Assembly: GCA_044892525.1 (NCBI GenBank)
Contig: CM097885.1
Coordinates: 86,552,001 to 86,616,000 of the forward strand
Reading direction: 5' to 3'
Source: Schmidtea polychroa
Taxonomy: Eukaryota
DNA: 64,000 nucleotides
Shown: positions 1 through 10,700 of the stretch, piece after piece
How the letters are laid out: each line of letters starts with the position of its first letter
Position numbering within the stretch: the first letter of the stretch is position 1
The notes under the pieces: model-generated
The model's database searches: none
Told to the model about the DNA's origin: nothing
The model's input: the letters and a program-made list of their open reading frames with translations, nothing else
Program-made: the position numbers and the translations under genes

Positions 1-3000
1 AAGTCTCTTTTCGCCTTTATTATTTGGCTTTGCATTAATGGAAAGAGTGTTTGTGCGAGCCCGATGTATGAAATTCCAGGCAAATTCCGACAAATCACTT
101 CGGAATATTGCCTTGTTTATTTTTGGTGAAAGTTTTACTGCAGAAGCTATAAAGTTCGAAATACAGCTCTTTTCCCATTTCGAAAGGTACGAGTCACAGA
201 GTGCCATGTGTAAGACTTTCGATGTGGTTTTGCGAAGATCACTAGTTAGAATGCATGTGCCACGCATAGTTGTTGTTATGTATAACGATGGCTCATGATT
301 TGTGACGATGAATGAAATTTTGATGTTGTGTGTCTTTTCAAAGAACGCAACTGCTATTCTCGCTCTCTGAAAACGAGTTTTCTTTCCAGAATGGTAGGGT
401 TTAGACTCTCTACCATTGAGCCAGTCAAGACTTTCTTGTAGTGTTGGCTCTTTAATACCAAGTCGCGGTCCTGTGACAAATTTTAAAGAATCAATGTTAA
501 TCTTTCTGGCAAGGTCACATTTCGAAGTAAAAAGTCGGAAAAAGTGTGTGATTGTCTGCGTATGATATTCATCGAGAAGATCAACGCAGTTTGCCCCTCC
601 GTTTTCAGTTGAATTGTAAAAATAGCTTACTTCAGAGTGATTGTGCAAGAACATCATTTTCTTAAAACAATTTCTTAATTCGCTAGTGATGTTTACAGAG
701 AGATTTTTGTTCTCACTAGATTTGGAAAGAGCACTAGTTTTAATTTCACGTGTTCTGAAAGCGAAGATCAAACGAGAATGGACAAAGACCTTATACGCTT
801 TTAGTTTCTGCCAACCAAGTAAATCAGAGTCCGCAAGTTTTCTTGTATCAGAGACTGCCTTTTTTAGAGTATCATATGGACTTTGATCAGTTTCCTCACC
901 AACCGGAACGCCAAGGTACTGATAGAATTCATTTGGCAGCAATTTCTTTATTTTGATGTCATTAATTACGATTTCACTTTCCGATTGGGTCTTTGGAAGT
1001 TGTAAATACCCACATTTTTCAGGCCGATATACGAAACCAATTTCAGCGGCAGTTTTTACAGCTATATTTGTGATTTTCTGTAGGTCATTAGCAGATTTTG
1101 CAACAAGAGCAATATCGTCAGCATATGCCAGAATCTTGACAGGAGATTCTCCAATCATAAAAGGCTCACACTCAGATCTAGAGACAGCTTCAAGTACAGG
1201 ATTGATGGCCAAAGCAAACAAGATCATCGAAATAGGACATCCTTGTTTGACACCCTGTTTTATTGGAATTTTCGGAGTCAAGATTGGACCACAACTATAA
1301 AATGTGCTCGTGTCAGAATATAACATTTGCAGGATAAAAGCGAATTCCTCACTTACTCCAACGAATCGAAGTAAGGACCACATATACTCATGTGGGACAC
1401 TGCCAAAAGCGTCTTTTATATCGAGCCAAGCTATAGCAATTGGAGAGTTCTTACTGTATTTGGAGTGTTCTAGAGCTGATGAAAGAATCGAATTGTGCTC
1501 AACACATCCATCATGTCTGGAGCCACCTTTTTGTCCAACATGCAAAAGGTCATTTTTATTTATCCAATATGTCAAACGACTCGCAAGACATGAGGCAAAC
1601 AATTTGTAAATGACAGAAAGTAAAGCGATTGGACGCCAAGACGAACAATCCTCATATTTCCCATCTTTGTCAGGCTTAGGAATCAGAAGAGTTTTAAAGC
1701 TCTTCCAATTGTCAGGTATGATTTTATCGAAAATGATTTTATTGAATAGAAAGCACAGTAATTTACCTTTGGGATCAAGGAGCAGCAAGTCTCGATATTG
1801 TATACCATCAATACCCGGACTTGTGTTGTCAGCTCGCTTGAGTTCGTAAATTACTTCAAGTTCTGAAAACTGTTCCAAGTCAAGTTTTTGTTGGGAGCGT
1901 TTACAAAAGCTAAATGTTTTAGTCCAGTTTCCTTGAAAAGGTGATTTTATCAAGAAATTTAAAACTATATTCTGGAAGGTCGGTCTTATACTGACATCTG
2001 TGTTGTTAATGATTTTATTGACAGTCCATTTCATGTCAGTCATAAATTTAGCGATTAGTTTAGCTTTATTGAGTTTAGCGGGTCTTTTCTTATTACCCAA
2101 ATACGGTTTGTGAGTTGAATTTAAGCGATTTGGGAACTGTTCATTGATGATCTCAATGATTTCATTAATGCTAATATTTGAAATTTGTTGTAGAAGTTCC
2201 TCAACCTTGGTTAGGCGCTGTTCCAATTTTAAATTAACTTCTTTCTTTTTAACGATTTTAGTTAGCATTGTATTTTGTCCTTTTTGGAGTTCTTTGATTA
2301 TTGGGAGCAGTGAGTTTATGGTGTTACCTATCTCATTCAGGTTTAAATTTACAAGAGGTAGGTCATTTGCATAATTTTTGATAAAAGCGCAAATAAGGAG
2401 TTTGCTCACAAGGCCAGATCCGCGGATAACATGCAGACAATCACCAATATTAATTACACGGCCAGGTGTTTCCTTGATGTCATTGATTTTATTTCGTAGA
2501 TTCCTACAAATAGGCAAGTAATTCTCCATACCAGACAGAGTAGTTGGATTTATGATGTAGTACTCATCTGTGGTATAATCAATGATCAACAGAATTTCCC
2601 GATATTTTGGGGGTGCAACGATGGCGAATATTATTTGTGCTCTGATGAGACCGTCATAGTTTAAAAAATCATTTAGATGTTGGGTGCAATCTTCAAGGAT
2701 TGCAGAGCACATCGTTGCATTCAATAAAATGAAATTTGAATTTAGTTTTAAGCTATCGAAATACTTGGAAAGTATTTCTTCATTTATTTTGAAATTTATT
2801 GAGTTTAAATTTTTGCAGATCTCATTTGCCTGTTGGATTTTAGATGATTTTAGGAACTCACTGGTACTTGTATGAGATATTGTTTTCCCGAAAATTACTC
2901 TTTCAATCAGTTCAATAAAGGCACAAGCAAAGAGATGTGAGTCAGCAGATGGAATGGAAGTATAATCGATGTTGTGATTGGGATCAAATAAGACTTTCTT

Positions 3001-4044
3001 GTGTGTAATTAAGAATCTATTGAGATAATCGGTCATGTTTTCTCCTATTCCGAAAAGTCTCTCAGTTACAGTTTTGTTGTGGAAATTAAACATGTAACTG
3101 TGTCCCTTAACAAGTGAAAAAAGATAAAGACTCCAATTTGTGTCGTTTGGAATGACGCTGATGACAAGGTCTATTCCAGAAAATTGTCTGAACGTCACAT
3201 TTTCCCTAATAAATGTGTCGTTCTGTGCAATGACATTGGAAGTCAGTTCAGGAGAAAGAACAGATATGTTGGTTCTCCTTTCAAAATATTTGCTAAGTAA
3301 ACTCGAGATGCAGGAGTTCTGTTCCAGGAGAAAGGCCTGGTTCTGGGTAGGCTTTTTCTTAACTCCATTGCGCTTGATTTCCTCCATAAATTTTGGTAGG
3401 CCGCCCCCCGAGCTTTTTTGGTGTTTGTGTTGTGAAGAAATTTGTGATTGATGGACCTCCTTTCTAATTATTTCGACAAAACAGTCAGGAAAGCTATGCC
3501 ATACTCCACTGATCATCATGGCGTATGCGCAGATGAACGGTCCACAATCATAATTGTTAGTCTGATAGCCAAAGTTTTCATGTGGATGGAACGTCATGGC
3601 TGCTTTTAGATTGAAAACATGATTCAAAGATCTGGTTATTTGAAGAGCATGCGTTTTATTGGAAAGATTATGCCGATACTCAAAGATTGGGTCAATAAAG
3701 TAGGAAGTCAAAGAATTCTTACAATATACAAACAAGATCCAGTGAGTTTTGTCAATATTAAGGGGGCATAAAATTATTTGCGCTTTAAAAATCTCTTCCG
3801 GAATCGGAAAAATGTCCTCATTAGGATTAGCGCGTAATATTTCAACAATGAAACATTTAAGCGGCGCAAAGTTTGGGTCACTGATGTGATTTTCAAGGTA
3901 GTGGTCGATATCATCATCAGTGAACCAGATTTTTGGATCACGCGCTGGATTATCACTATTCTGAACAGTTTTGATATGATTTAATGTGCTGTCTGCATCA
4001 TTCTCATCAGAGATTGGAGCAGATATTGAGACTGATGCAGGCAC
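1..4044 (-). CDS. E1 ORF2 (partial): Ulp1-like protease x3 + RT; CCHC/RLE end lies outside the window
   Basis: Near-identical to E4 ORF2 25860-29903; absent from ORF track because its stop is outside the window; begins GTG CCT GCA, 6 nt after the ORF1 UGA. Confidence 0.9.
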   Translation of the reverse strand, partial: MPASVSISAPISDENDADSTLNHIKTVQNSDNPARDPKIWFTDDDIDHYLENHISDPNFAPLKCFIVEILRANPNEDIFPIPEEIFKAQIILCPLNIDKTHWILFVYCKNSLTSYFIDPIFEYRHNLSNKTHALQITRSLNHVFNLKAAMTFHPHENFGYQTNNYDCGPFICAYAMMISGVWHSFPDCFVEIIRKEVHQSQISSQHKHQKSSGGGLPKFMEEIKRNGVKKKPTQNQAFLLEQNSCISSLLSKYFERRTNISVLSPELTSNVIAQNDTFIRENVTFRQFSGIDLVISVIPNDTNWSLYLFSLVKGHSYMFNFHNKTVTERLFGIGENMTDYLNRFLITHKKVLFDPNHNIDYTSIPSADSHLFACAFIELIERVIFGKTISHTSTSEFLKSSKIQQANEICKNLNSINFKINEEILSKYFDSLKLNSNFILLNATMCSAILEDCTQHLNDFLNYDGLIRAQIIFAIVAPPKYREILLIIDYTTDEYYIINPTTLSGMENYLPICRNLRNKINDIKETPGRVINIGDCLHVIRGSGLVSKLLICAFIKNYANDLPLVNLNLNEIGNTINSLLPIIKELQKGQNTMLTKIVKKKEVNLKLEQRLTKVEELLQQISNISINEIIEIINEQFPNRLNSTHKPYLGNKKRPAKLNKAKLIAKFMTDMKWTVNKIINNTDVSIRPTFQNIVLNFLIKSPFQGNWTKTFSFCKRSQQKLDLEQFSELEVIYELKRADNTSPGIDGIQYRDLLLLDPKGKLLCFLFNKIIFDKIIPDNWKSFKTLLIPKPDKDGKYEDCSSWRPIALLSVIYKLFASCLASRLTYWINKNDLLHVGQKGGSRHDGCVEHNSILSSALEHSKYSKNSPIAIAWLDIKDAFGSVPHEYMWSLLRFVGVSEEFAFILQMLYSDTSTFYSCGPILTPKIPIKQGVKQGCPISMILFALAINPVLEAVSRSECEPFMIGESPVKILAYADDIALVAKSANDLQKITNIAVKTAAEIGFVYRPEKCGYLQLPKTQSESEIVINDIKIKKLLPNEFYQYLGVPVGEETDQSPYDTLKKAVSDTRKLADSDLLGWQKLKAYKVFVHSRLIFAFRTREIKTSALSKSSENKNLSVNITSELRNCFKKMMFLHNHSEVSYFYNSTENGGANCVDLLDEYHTQTITHFFRLFTSKCDLARKINIDSLKFVTGPRLGIKEPTLQESLDWLNGRESKPYHSGKKTRFQRARIAVAFFEKTHNIKISFIVTNHEPSLYITTTMRGTCILTSDLRKTTSKVLHMALCDSYLSKWEKSCISNFIASAVKLSPKINKAIFRSDLSEFAWNFIHRARTNTLSINAKPNNKGEKRL

Positions 4045-4053
4045 GCACCTTCA
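3993..4053 (-). promoter_or_regulatory. Putative UGA readthrough signal (in-frame UGA + downstream stem-loop), E1
   Basis: UGA 4051-4053, 10-nt spacer, arms 4028-4040 / 3993-4005 pair 12/13. Confidence 0.6.
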
Positions 4054-6858
4054 TTTACTTTTGTGTGCAGTTTGTCTAGTCGTCCTACTGGATACGCCTG
4101 TTTTTCGGAGTTCTAGTTGGTTGCTGTTGATCACCTCAGGCGTTGATGGTGTTTTATCAATGTCAGTGTCGAGGTATTGTTTTTGACTACTATTGTCATC
4201 TTCGATCGTGTCTAAGAGATCAGCATCACTCACAGAATAACAAGGTTCTACTACAAGTGCTTCCTCGGGTGCATGACAGTCAGGTTTGTTCTTATTCTGA
4301 TCAATGCCTTTTTTGTCAATTCTAGTGTTAAGGCTTTCAAGAATATCTGTTATGTGATTGGCCATACCAGGTGTGCAGATCTTTCTACAAAGTTGTGGGA
4401 TGCGATAAGAAAAGTTATTGTTGAATAGAAATTTCTTTTTGTCTCTAATGACAAAGAAGAGGAATCTTTTTGCACGATTCATCTCCTTCACATCTGACTC
4501 CTGTGCAGTCTCATTAATCATTTTTCCTAATTTTCCAAGAAGACCTAGTTGGACAGCCTTTTGTGGGTAAGCTTCATCAACTTTGTCAAGAAATCTATTG
4601 ACATCTCTTATGGTTTCAGGGGAAATGATGTTGTGTAGGGTGTCAATTTCGTTTGACAGCTTCCATTGTCGAAGCTTCAGAATTCTCTCTTTGCAACTAG
4701 AGAAATGATAAGACTGGGAAGGTAATGTATCGGTCATGCTGGGTGCCCAACTCTCGAAATTCTCAAGGCAGAGTGAGCTACAATTATCTATGTCTGTGAC
4801 AGAGTATAACAACAGACAGTTACGGATGTAGTTGTAAACATAATCGCCATATGTTCCATTTTTAATATGTCTAAGTTCACCCTTCAATTGTAGGTAATTA
4901 AGGTGGAAAATGACATCAATCAGCTTAGTTGAAGATTTTGGCTGGCACAATAATGATTTTAATACTTCATCTTTTTCGGACATTTCGATGAAGTTTAACA
5001 AGCCAAGATTAAACATAATGTCTGATTGGCTTTCAGAATTCGATGTCTCTTTGTTATTTATTTTAATAGTTTTTATAAGTTTACCCCCCACAAATGAGAT
5101 CTGCTCGGGAAACCCTTTTTCTGATTTTAACCTTTCAATTAGCTCTATTAATTTCTCAGGACTCTCTGTGATGTTTTCAGTGAAGAGCAATTCAGAAATT
5201 TCTGGGAAGGATTTATAAAGATCGCGCACTTGCGACCGAGAAAGCTCCAACGTTCTAACCGCCGAACTCGTACTACTGGGAGCGTCATCGCCAAGAAGGT
5301 CTAGCATGACAAAGTCACCGTCTTGATATTTTATTTGCGACCTTACTAAGTAGTCTGGTAGAGTCCCTTGCTTTTTAAGTAAGTTAAGCGCAATATTTAT
5401 TTGTTCCCCTCGAACTTTGGTGTTCCCTATGGACGAGGTCTCAGAAAGATGAGTCGAAAGAACAAACAAGAATTTCTTAATTGTTGCAGGCGCTTTGAAA
5501 AATTCGCCTCTATTATTGGATGCCGTTACAATACCCGAGTCAATAATAGAGGTCTTAAAAATAACCCCCGGGCCAGTCTGAGATTTTGAGGGCTTCTTGT
5601 TGGTCGTCCCCAAATTTATAGCAACGCACACATTGCCATTCCTGTAAAAATACCGGACAAATCCCTCTATATTTAATGGATTGACAGTTGCCGTTATGCT
5701 TCTCAAATCAGCATTTAACTTTTTGAATTTCTGCGGGGTCTCCTTTAATTTGAGGGCCTTAGATATCGCTGGGAAATTTTTAAAGAAAATGTTCTTTTCT
5801 TTAGACTTTAAGACACGGAATGTCTCCAATTTCATATAACCATCAGATTTAAAATCATTTCCCCCCAGTTTTTGGTGATTTTCAAAATTTTTCAAATTTT
5901 TAGAATTTAAATTTGAAAATTGTTTTTTAATCTGATAATTAGATTTAGAATTTGAAAAATTTACTTTTTTAAGTTTAATCTTGCTATCAAAAGTTTCTAG
6001 ATTTGAATTTTTGGCAATTTTAAAATTTTTATATCTAAAATTATTATATTCCAAATTTGATTTGTTTAAGTTAGTCAAATTAGAATTTTGTAAATCATGA
6101 TTTTCGAAATCCGGTAAGTCTAATTTAACTTTTCGTGCATTCCCACTAAATATTACTTTTAGCCCAGAATTTCTCATATCAGAAAGCACCCCAGAAGCAG
6201 CAACAGTCTCATTATTATCCCAGAAATTTTTATTCTTTAAAAATAAATTATTTTTATTAAATTTCTTATTTTGGTTATTTAATTTATTATTATGAAATTT
6301 AGGGACATGATCGTCAATAAGATTAAATCTTGTGGAATTTGGGCTTATTAAATTCTTTTTTGGAAATTTACCAGACGATTTAAGTGATAAGTTTTTATTT
6401 ACATTTGTATTAGTTGAAATATGATTTAAACCCAAATAATTCTTATTCACATTTGCACTATATGCAATATTTCCCATCAAATTAGAGTTCAAATTCCCCT
6501 TAGAGCATGGGAAATTATTCTTATTATTAGTTTGAACATCTTGATGGTATTTCGAAGATGAATTTTTATTTAATTTGTAATTTTTATTAAAATTAGTGGT
6601 ATCCTTAATTCTATCATAATAAAAATCACTAGCCCCATGATCTTCATTAATTTTCAATTCATTTTCATTTAAATAGAACCTATCGACATTACTATTTACA
6701 TTTCTAAATAAAGGAAAATTTTCACCTAAATAATTATTTAAATTATGATTATCCTTATCCTTCCCCCTATTGGCATTAGGATTATAAAATTTTACATTTA
6801 AAAAGTTCATTATAAAATCAAGTTTATAATTAAACTTACTGATCCAATCTTCAGTCAT
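4051..6858 (-). CDS. E1 ORF1, family A, 935 aa, unknown function
   Basis: ATG start; Asn/Lys-rich N-terminus; conserved C-terminal half shared with family B ORF1 (QIKYQDGDFVMLDLL, ELSRSQVRDLYKSFPE). Confidence 0.85.
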   Translation of the reverse strand: MTEDWISKFNYKLDFIMNFLNVKFYNPNANRGKDKDNHNLNNYLGENFPLFRNVNSNVDRFYLNENELKINEDHGASDFYYDRIKDTTNFNKNYKLNKNSSSKYHQDVQTNNKNNFPCSKGNLNSNLMGNIAYSANVNKNYLGLNHISTNTNVNKNLSLKSSGKFPKKNLISPNSTRFNLIDDHVPKFHNNKLNNQNKKFNKNNLFLKNKNFWDNNETVAASGVLSDMRNSGLKVIFSGNARKVKLDLPDFENHDLQNSNLTNLNKSNLEYNNFRYKNFKIAKNSNLETFDSKIKLKKVNFSNSKSNYQIKKQFSNLNSKNLKNFENHQKLGGNDFKSDGYMKLETFRVLKSKEKNIFFKNFPAISKALKLKETPQKFKKLNADLRSITATVNPLNIEGFVRYFYRNGNVCVAINLGTTNKKPSKSQTGPGVIFKTSIIDSGIVTASNNRGEFFKAPATIKKFLFVLSTHLSETSSIGNTKVRGEQINIALNLLKKQGTLPDYLVRSQIKYQDGDFVMLDLLGDDAPSSTSSAVRTLELSRSQVRDLYKSFPEISELLFTENITESPEKLIELIERLKSEKGFPEQISFVGGKLIKTIKINNKETSNSESQSDIMFNLGLLNFIEMSEKDEVLKSLLCQPKSSTKLIDVIFHLNYLQLKGELRHIKNGTYGDYVYNYIRNCLLLYSVTDIDNCSSLCLENFESWAPSMTDTLPSQSYHFSSCKERILKLRQWKLSNEIDTLHNIISPETIRDVNRFLDKVDEAYPQKAVQLGLLGKLGKMINETAQESDVKEMNRAKRFLFFVIRDKKKFLFNNNFSYRIPQLCRKICTPGMANHITDILESLNTRIDKKGIDQNKNKPDCHAPEEALVVEPCYSVSDADLLDTIEDDNSSQKQYLDTDIDKTPSTPEVINSNQLELRKTGVSSRTTRQTAHKSK

Positions 6859-7033
6859 TTCTTAATAAATAAATAAATAGATTTTAGGTTTTCTTTAAAA
6901 TTTCAAATTCTTCGCCAACATTTGTTTAGATAGGCTGAAAAAATGAAATAAAAAAAATTTAATGGCCATAAAAATATACCTGATTGTCCACTGAGAATTG
7001 AATTCATCAAAATTGAATTGTGGAATAAAAAAA

Positions 7034-7131
7034 AGTCCACAACACCTCGTATTCCCAAGCGGTCACCCATCCAAGTACTAACGAGGCCTTAACCTGCTTA
7101 ACTTCCGAGATCGAACGAGATCGGGTGAACC
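7034..7131 (-). pseudogene. RNA5S: 5'-truncated 5S rRNA gene (nt 22-119) downstream of E2
   Basis: GGTTCACCCGATC...GTGTTGTGGACT followed by T-run; first 21 nt replaced by element 3' end. Confidence 0.95.
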
Positions 7132-7735
7132 GTAAAAGTTTATTATTAAAACAAATTTGAATTTTTGTACAAGCGGACAATGCTCAACATGGAGCACGCC
7201 ATTCGGAAAATAACAAAGTCAAAAGAGTCAGAAAGATATCAAATAATCACAAATGTTTGAGAGTTTTTCGACTCAATTGTCAATGCTTCTTTTCTGAACT
7301 GTCCTCGGCTCTGATTTGTGAAATTGTCATCGGATCAGTGAATTTGATTGTCCGGCTTTGCACATCGATGATTTGAGACAGCAGATTTGAGGTGCTGCAA
7401 CTTGTCTGAAGGTCTAATCAGTCTGTTGTGAGTTATTGACAGGACTCGAATGCAAACGAGGGATCATCAGATGACATCCGAGCAACAGCAGACTTATCAG
7501 GATCTTGACTGAAATCAGCAATCATCGCTATGCAGAATATGACCTTTTTACATCTAGATATTTTTACAGAAAGATAGCATGTATACATATATATTTATAA
7601 ATAATCCACGTACAAGAGGGAATATCTAAAAAGTCTAAAAAATCTAATAATACATAAATACTTTTATACACAAAACATTTAAATTAAAAATTTAAACTAT
7701 GATAATGCCAATAGGGGGAATGAATGTGCCTTGAG

Positions 7736-10700
7736 TCATTTAATACTCGGGAATTTGAATTTATCGAGATCAATCAAGACGCCGTTTTTGTGGTAGTGCC
7801 ACCGTCTTGCAGAGTGTGAAATATTGCTCATGGCACAATCTCTCATTAAGCCTTTCAAACGACTACGATCAATTCCTATTTTGAGAAGAATTTCAGGAGT
7901 CTTTGGAGGGAAAGAACCTAAAGAACCGATGATACAGGTATCAAGTTCAACATTGAAATCAGGTTTGACATCTTTTATTTGTCTCCTGAGTGATTCATAT
8001 TTTTGCAGATTGAGCGAGTCAACGTTTTCAAAATTATTCACAGTGTCGCACGGACATTTCATGTCAACTAGAAAGATCTTTTTCCTTGCCAAATCCGTGA
8101 TCATCAAGTCAATTCGTTCCTTGGAGTATGGAACAAGTGAACAAACATGGTCAACAACAACAATCAGATTTGGGTTTGTTGTAAGGTGAGAAGTTATCAG
8201 TTTAAGACAGTCATTGTGGCGCTCAGCACCAAGAGTAAGATGAACCTTACAAGATTGAATAATGTGTGACATTGTCTCCTCTTCACTGTGACATAGTCGA
8301 CAGAGTCTAGTGTCACCTCTATTATGTGGTTTAGCTTTGTTGGAAAGGGTGTTTGTGCGAGCTCGGTGAATAAAGTTCCAAGCAAATTCCGACATGTCAC
8401 CTCGAAAGATTGCTTTATTTATCTTAGGTGCAAGTTTTATCGCCGAAATAATGAAACCCGAGGTACAGCTTTTTTCCCATTTTGAAAGATAAGAGCCATG
8501 AAGAGCCATGTGTAAAACTTTCGATGTGGTTTTGCGAAGATCACTAGTTAGAATGCATGTGCCACGTATTTCACTTGTAATATAAAGTGATGGTTCTTTC
8601 TTTGTGACTATAAATGAGATGTTTATGTCATGTTCTTTTTTAAAGAAAGCAATCGCCGTTCTAACTCTCTGAAATCGAGTCTTTCTACCAGAATGAACAG
8701 GTTTTGATTCTTTACCATTGAACCAATCAAGACTTTCTTGTAGTGTTGGTGTTTTAATACCGAGTCGTGGTCCAGTTACAAAGTTAAGAGAGTCGAGGTT
8801 AATCTTTCGCGCGTATTCACATTTCGAAGTAAGGAGTCTGAAAAAGTGTGTTATTGTCTGCGTGTGATATTCATCAAGAAGATCAACGCAGTTTGCCCCT
8901 CCGTTTTCAGTTGAATTGTAAAAATAACTTACTTCAGAGTGATTAGGCAAGAACATCATTTTCCTAAAACAATTTCTTAATTCGCTAGTGATGTTTACAG
9001 AAAGATTTTTGTTCTCACTAGATTTTGAAAGAGCACTAGTTTTAATTTCACGTGTTCTAAAAGGAAAGATCAAACGAGAGTGGACAAAGACCTTATATGC
9101 TTTAAGTTTCTGCCAGCCAAGTAAGTCAGAGTCAGCAAGTTTTCTAGTATCAGAGACTGCTTTCTTAAGAATCTCATATGGACTTTGATCAGTTTCCTCA
9201 CCAACTGGGACGCCAAGATACTTATAGAATTCATTTGGCAGCAATTTCTTTATTTTGATGTCATTAATTACGATTTCACTTTCCGATTGGGTCTTTGGAA
9301 GTTGTAAATACCCACATTTTTCAGGCCGATATACGAAACCAATTTCAGCAGCAGTTGTCACAGCTATATTTGTGATTTTCTGTAGGTCATTAGCAGATTT
9401 TGCAACAAGAGCAATATCGTCAGCATATGCCAGAATCTTGACAGGAGATTCTCCAATCATAAAGGGTTCACAGTCAAATCTAGAGACAGCTTCAAGTACA
9501 GGGTTGATGGCCAAAGCAAACAAGATCATCGAAATAGGACATCCTTGTTTGACACCCTGTTTTATTGGAATTTTCGGAGTCAAGATTGGACCACAACTAT
9601 AAAATGTGCTTGTGTCGGAATATAACATTTGCAGAATAAAAGCAAACTCCTCACTTACTCCAACGAATCGAAGTAAGGACCACATATACTCATGTGGGAC
9701 ACTGCCAAAAGCGTCTTTTATATCGAGCCAGGCTATAGCAATAGGAGAGTTCTTACTGTATTTTGAGTGTTCTAGAGCTGATGAAAGAATCGAATTGTGC
9801 TCAACACATCCATCATGTCTAGAGCCACCTTTTTGTCCAACATGCAAAAGGTCATTTCTCTCTATCCATAATGTCAAACGACTCGCAAGACATGAGGCAA
9901 ACAATTTGTAGATAACAGAAAGTAAAGCGATTGGACGCCAAGACGAACAATCCTCATATTTCCCATCTTTGTCAGGCTTAGGAATCAGAAGTGTTTTAAA
10001 ACTTTTCCAATTGTCAGGTATGATTTTATCGAAAATGATTTTATTGAATAGAAAGCACAGTAATTTACCTTTGGGATCAAGGAGCAGCAAGTCTCGATAT
10101 TGTATACCATCAATACCCGGACTTGTGTTGTCAGCTCGCTTGAGTTCATAAATTACTTCAAGTTCTGAAAACGGTTCCAGGTCAAGTTTTTGTTGGGAAC
10201 GTTTACAAAAGCCAAATGTCTTAGTCCAGTTTCCTTGAAAAGGTGATTTTATCGAGAAATTTAAAACAATATTTTGAAATGTCGGTCTTTTACTGACATC
10301 TGTGTTGTTAATAATTTTATTGACAGTCCATTTCATGTCAGTCATAAATTTGGCTATTAATTTAGCTTTATTAAGTTTAGCGGGTTTTTTCTTATTACCC
10401 AAATACGGTTTGTGAGTTGAAATTAAGCGATTTGGGAACTGTTCATTGATGATCTCAATGATTTCATTAATGCTAATATTTGAAATTTGTTGTAGAAGTT
10501 CCTCAACCTTGGTTAGGCGTTGTTCTAATTTTAAATTAACTTCTTTCTTTTTAACGATTTTAGATAGCATTGTATTTTGCCCTTTTTGAAGTTCTTTGAT
10601 TATTGGGAGTAGTGAGTTTATGGTGTTACCTATCTCATTTAGGTTTAAATTTACAAGAGGTAGGTCATTCGCATAATTTTTGACAAAAGCGCAAATAAGA

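Larger units (their letters stand above)
1..6910 (-). mobile_element. E1: 5S-specific RLE non-LTR retrotransposon, family A (3' end beyond left window edge)
   Basis: ORF1 4051-6858 plus ORF2 colinear with E4 (offset 25859); 5' junction with 5S spacer at 6910/6911. Confidence 0.93.

Noticed and set aside
4051-4053. Variant genetic code (UGA = Trp/Cys) explaining the ORF1-ORF2 junction
   Set aside because: No other in-frame UGA in thousands of codons, Trp is coded by TGG, and family B ORF2 itself ends in UGA (7736, 16079, 37836, 61784)
7132-7152. Element 3' end rebuilding a functional 5S 5' strand (helix I)
   Set aside because: Only 3-5 of 9 positions could pair with nt 110-118, and the T4 runs would terminate Pol III
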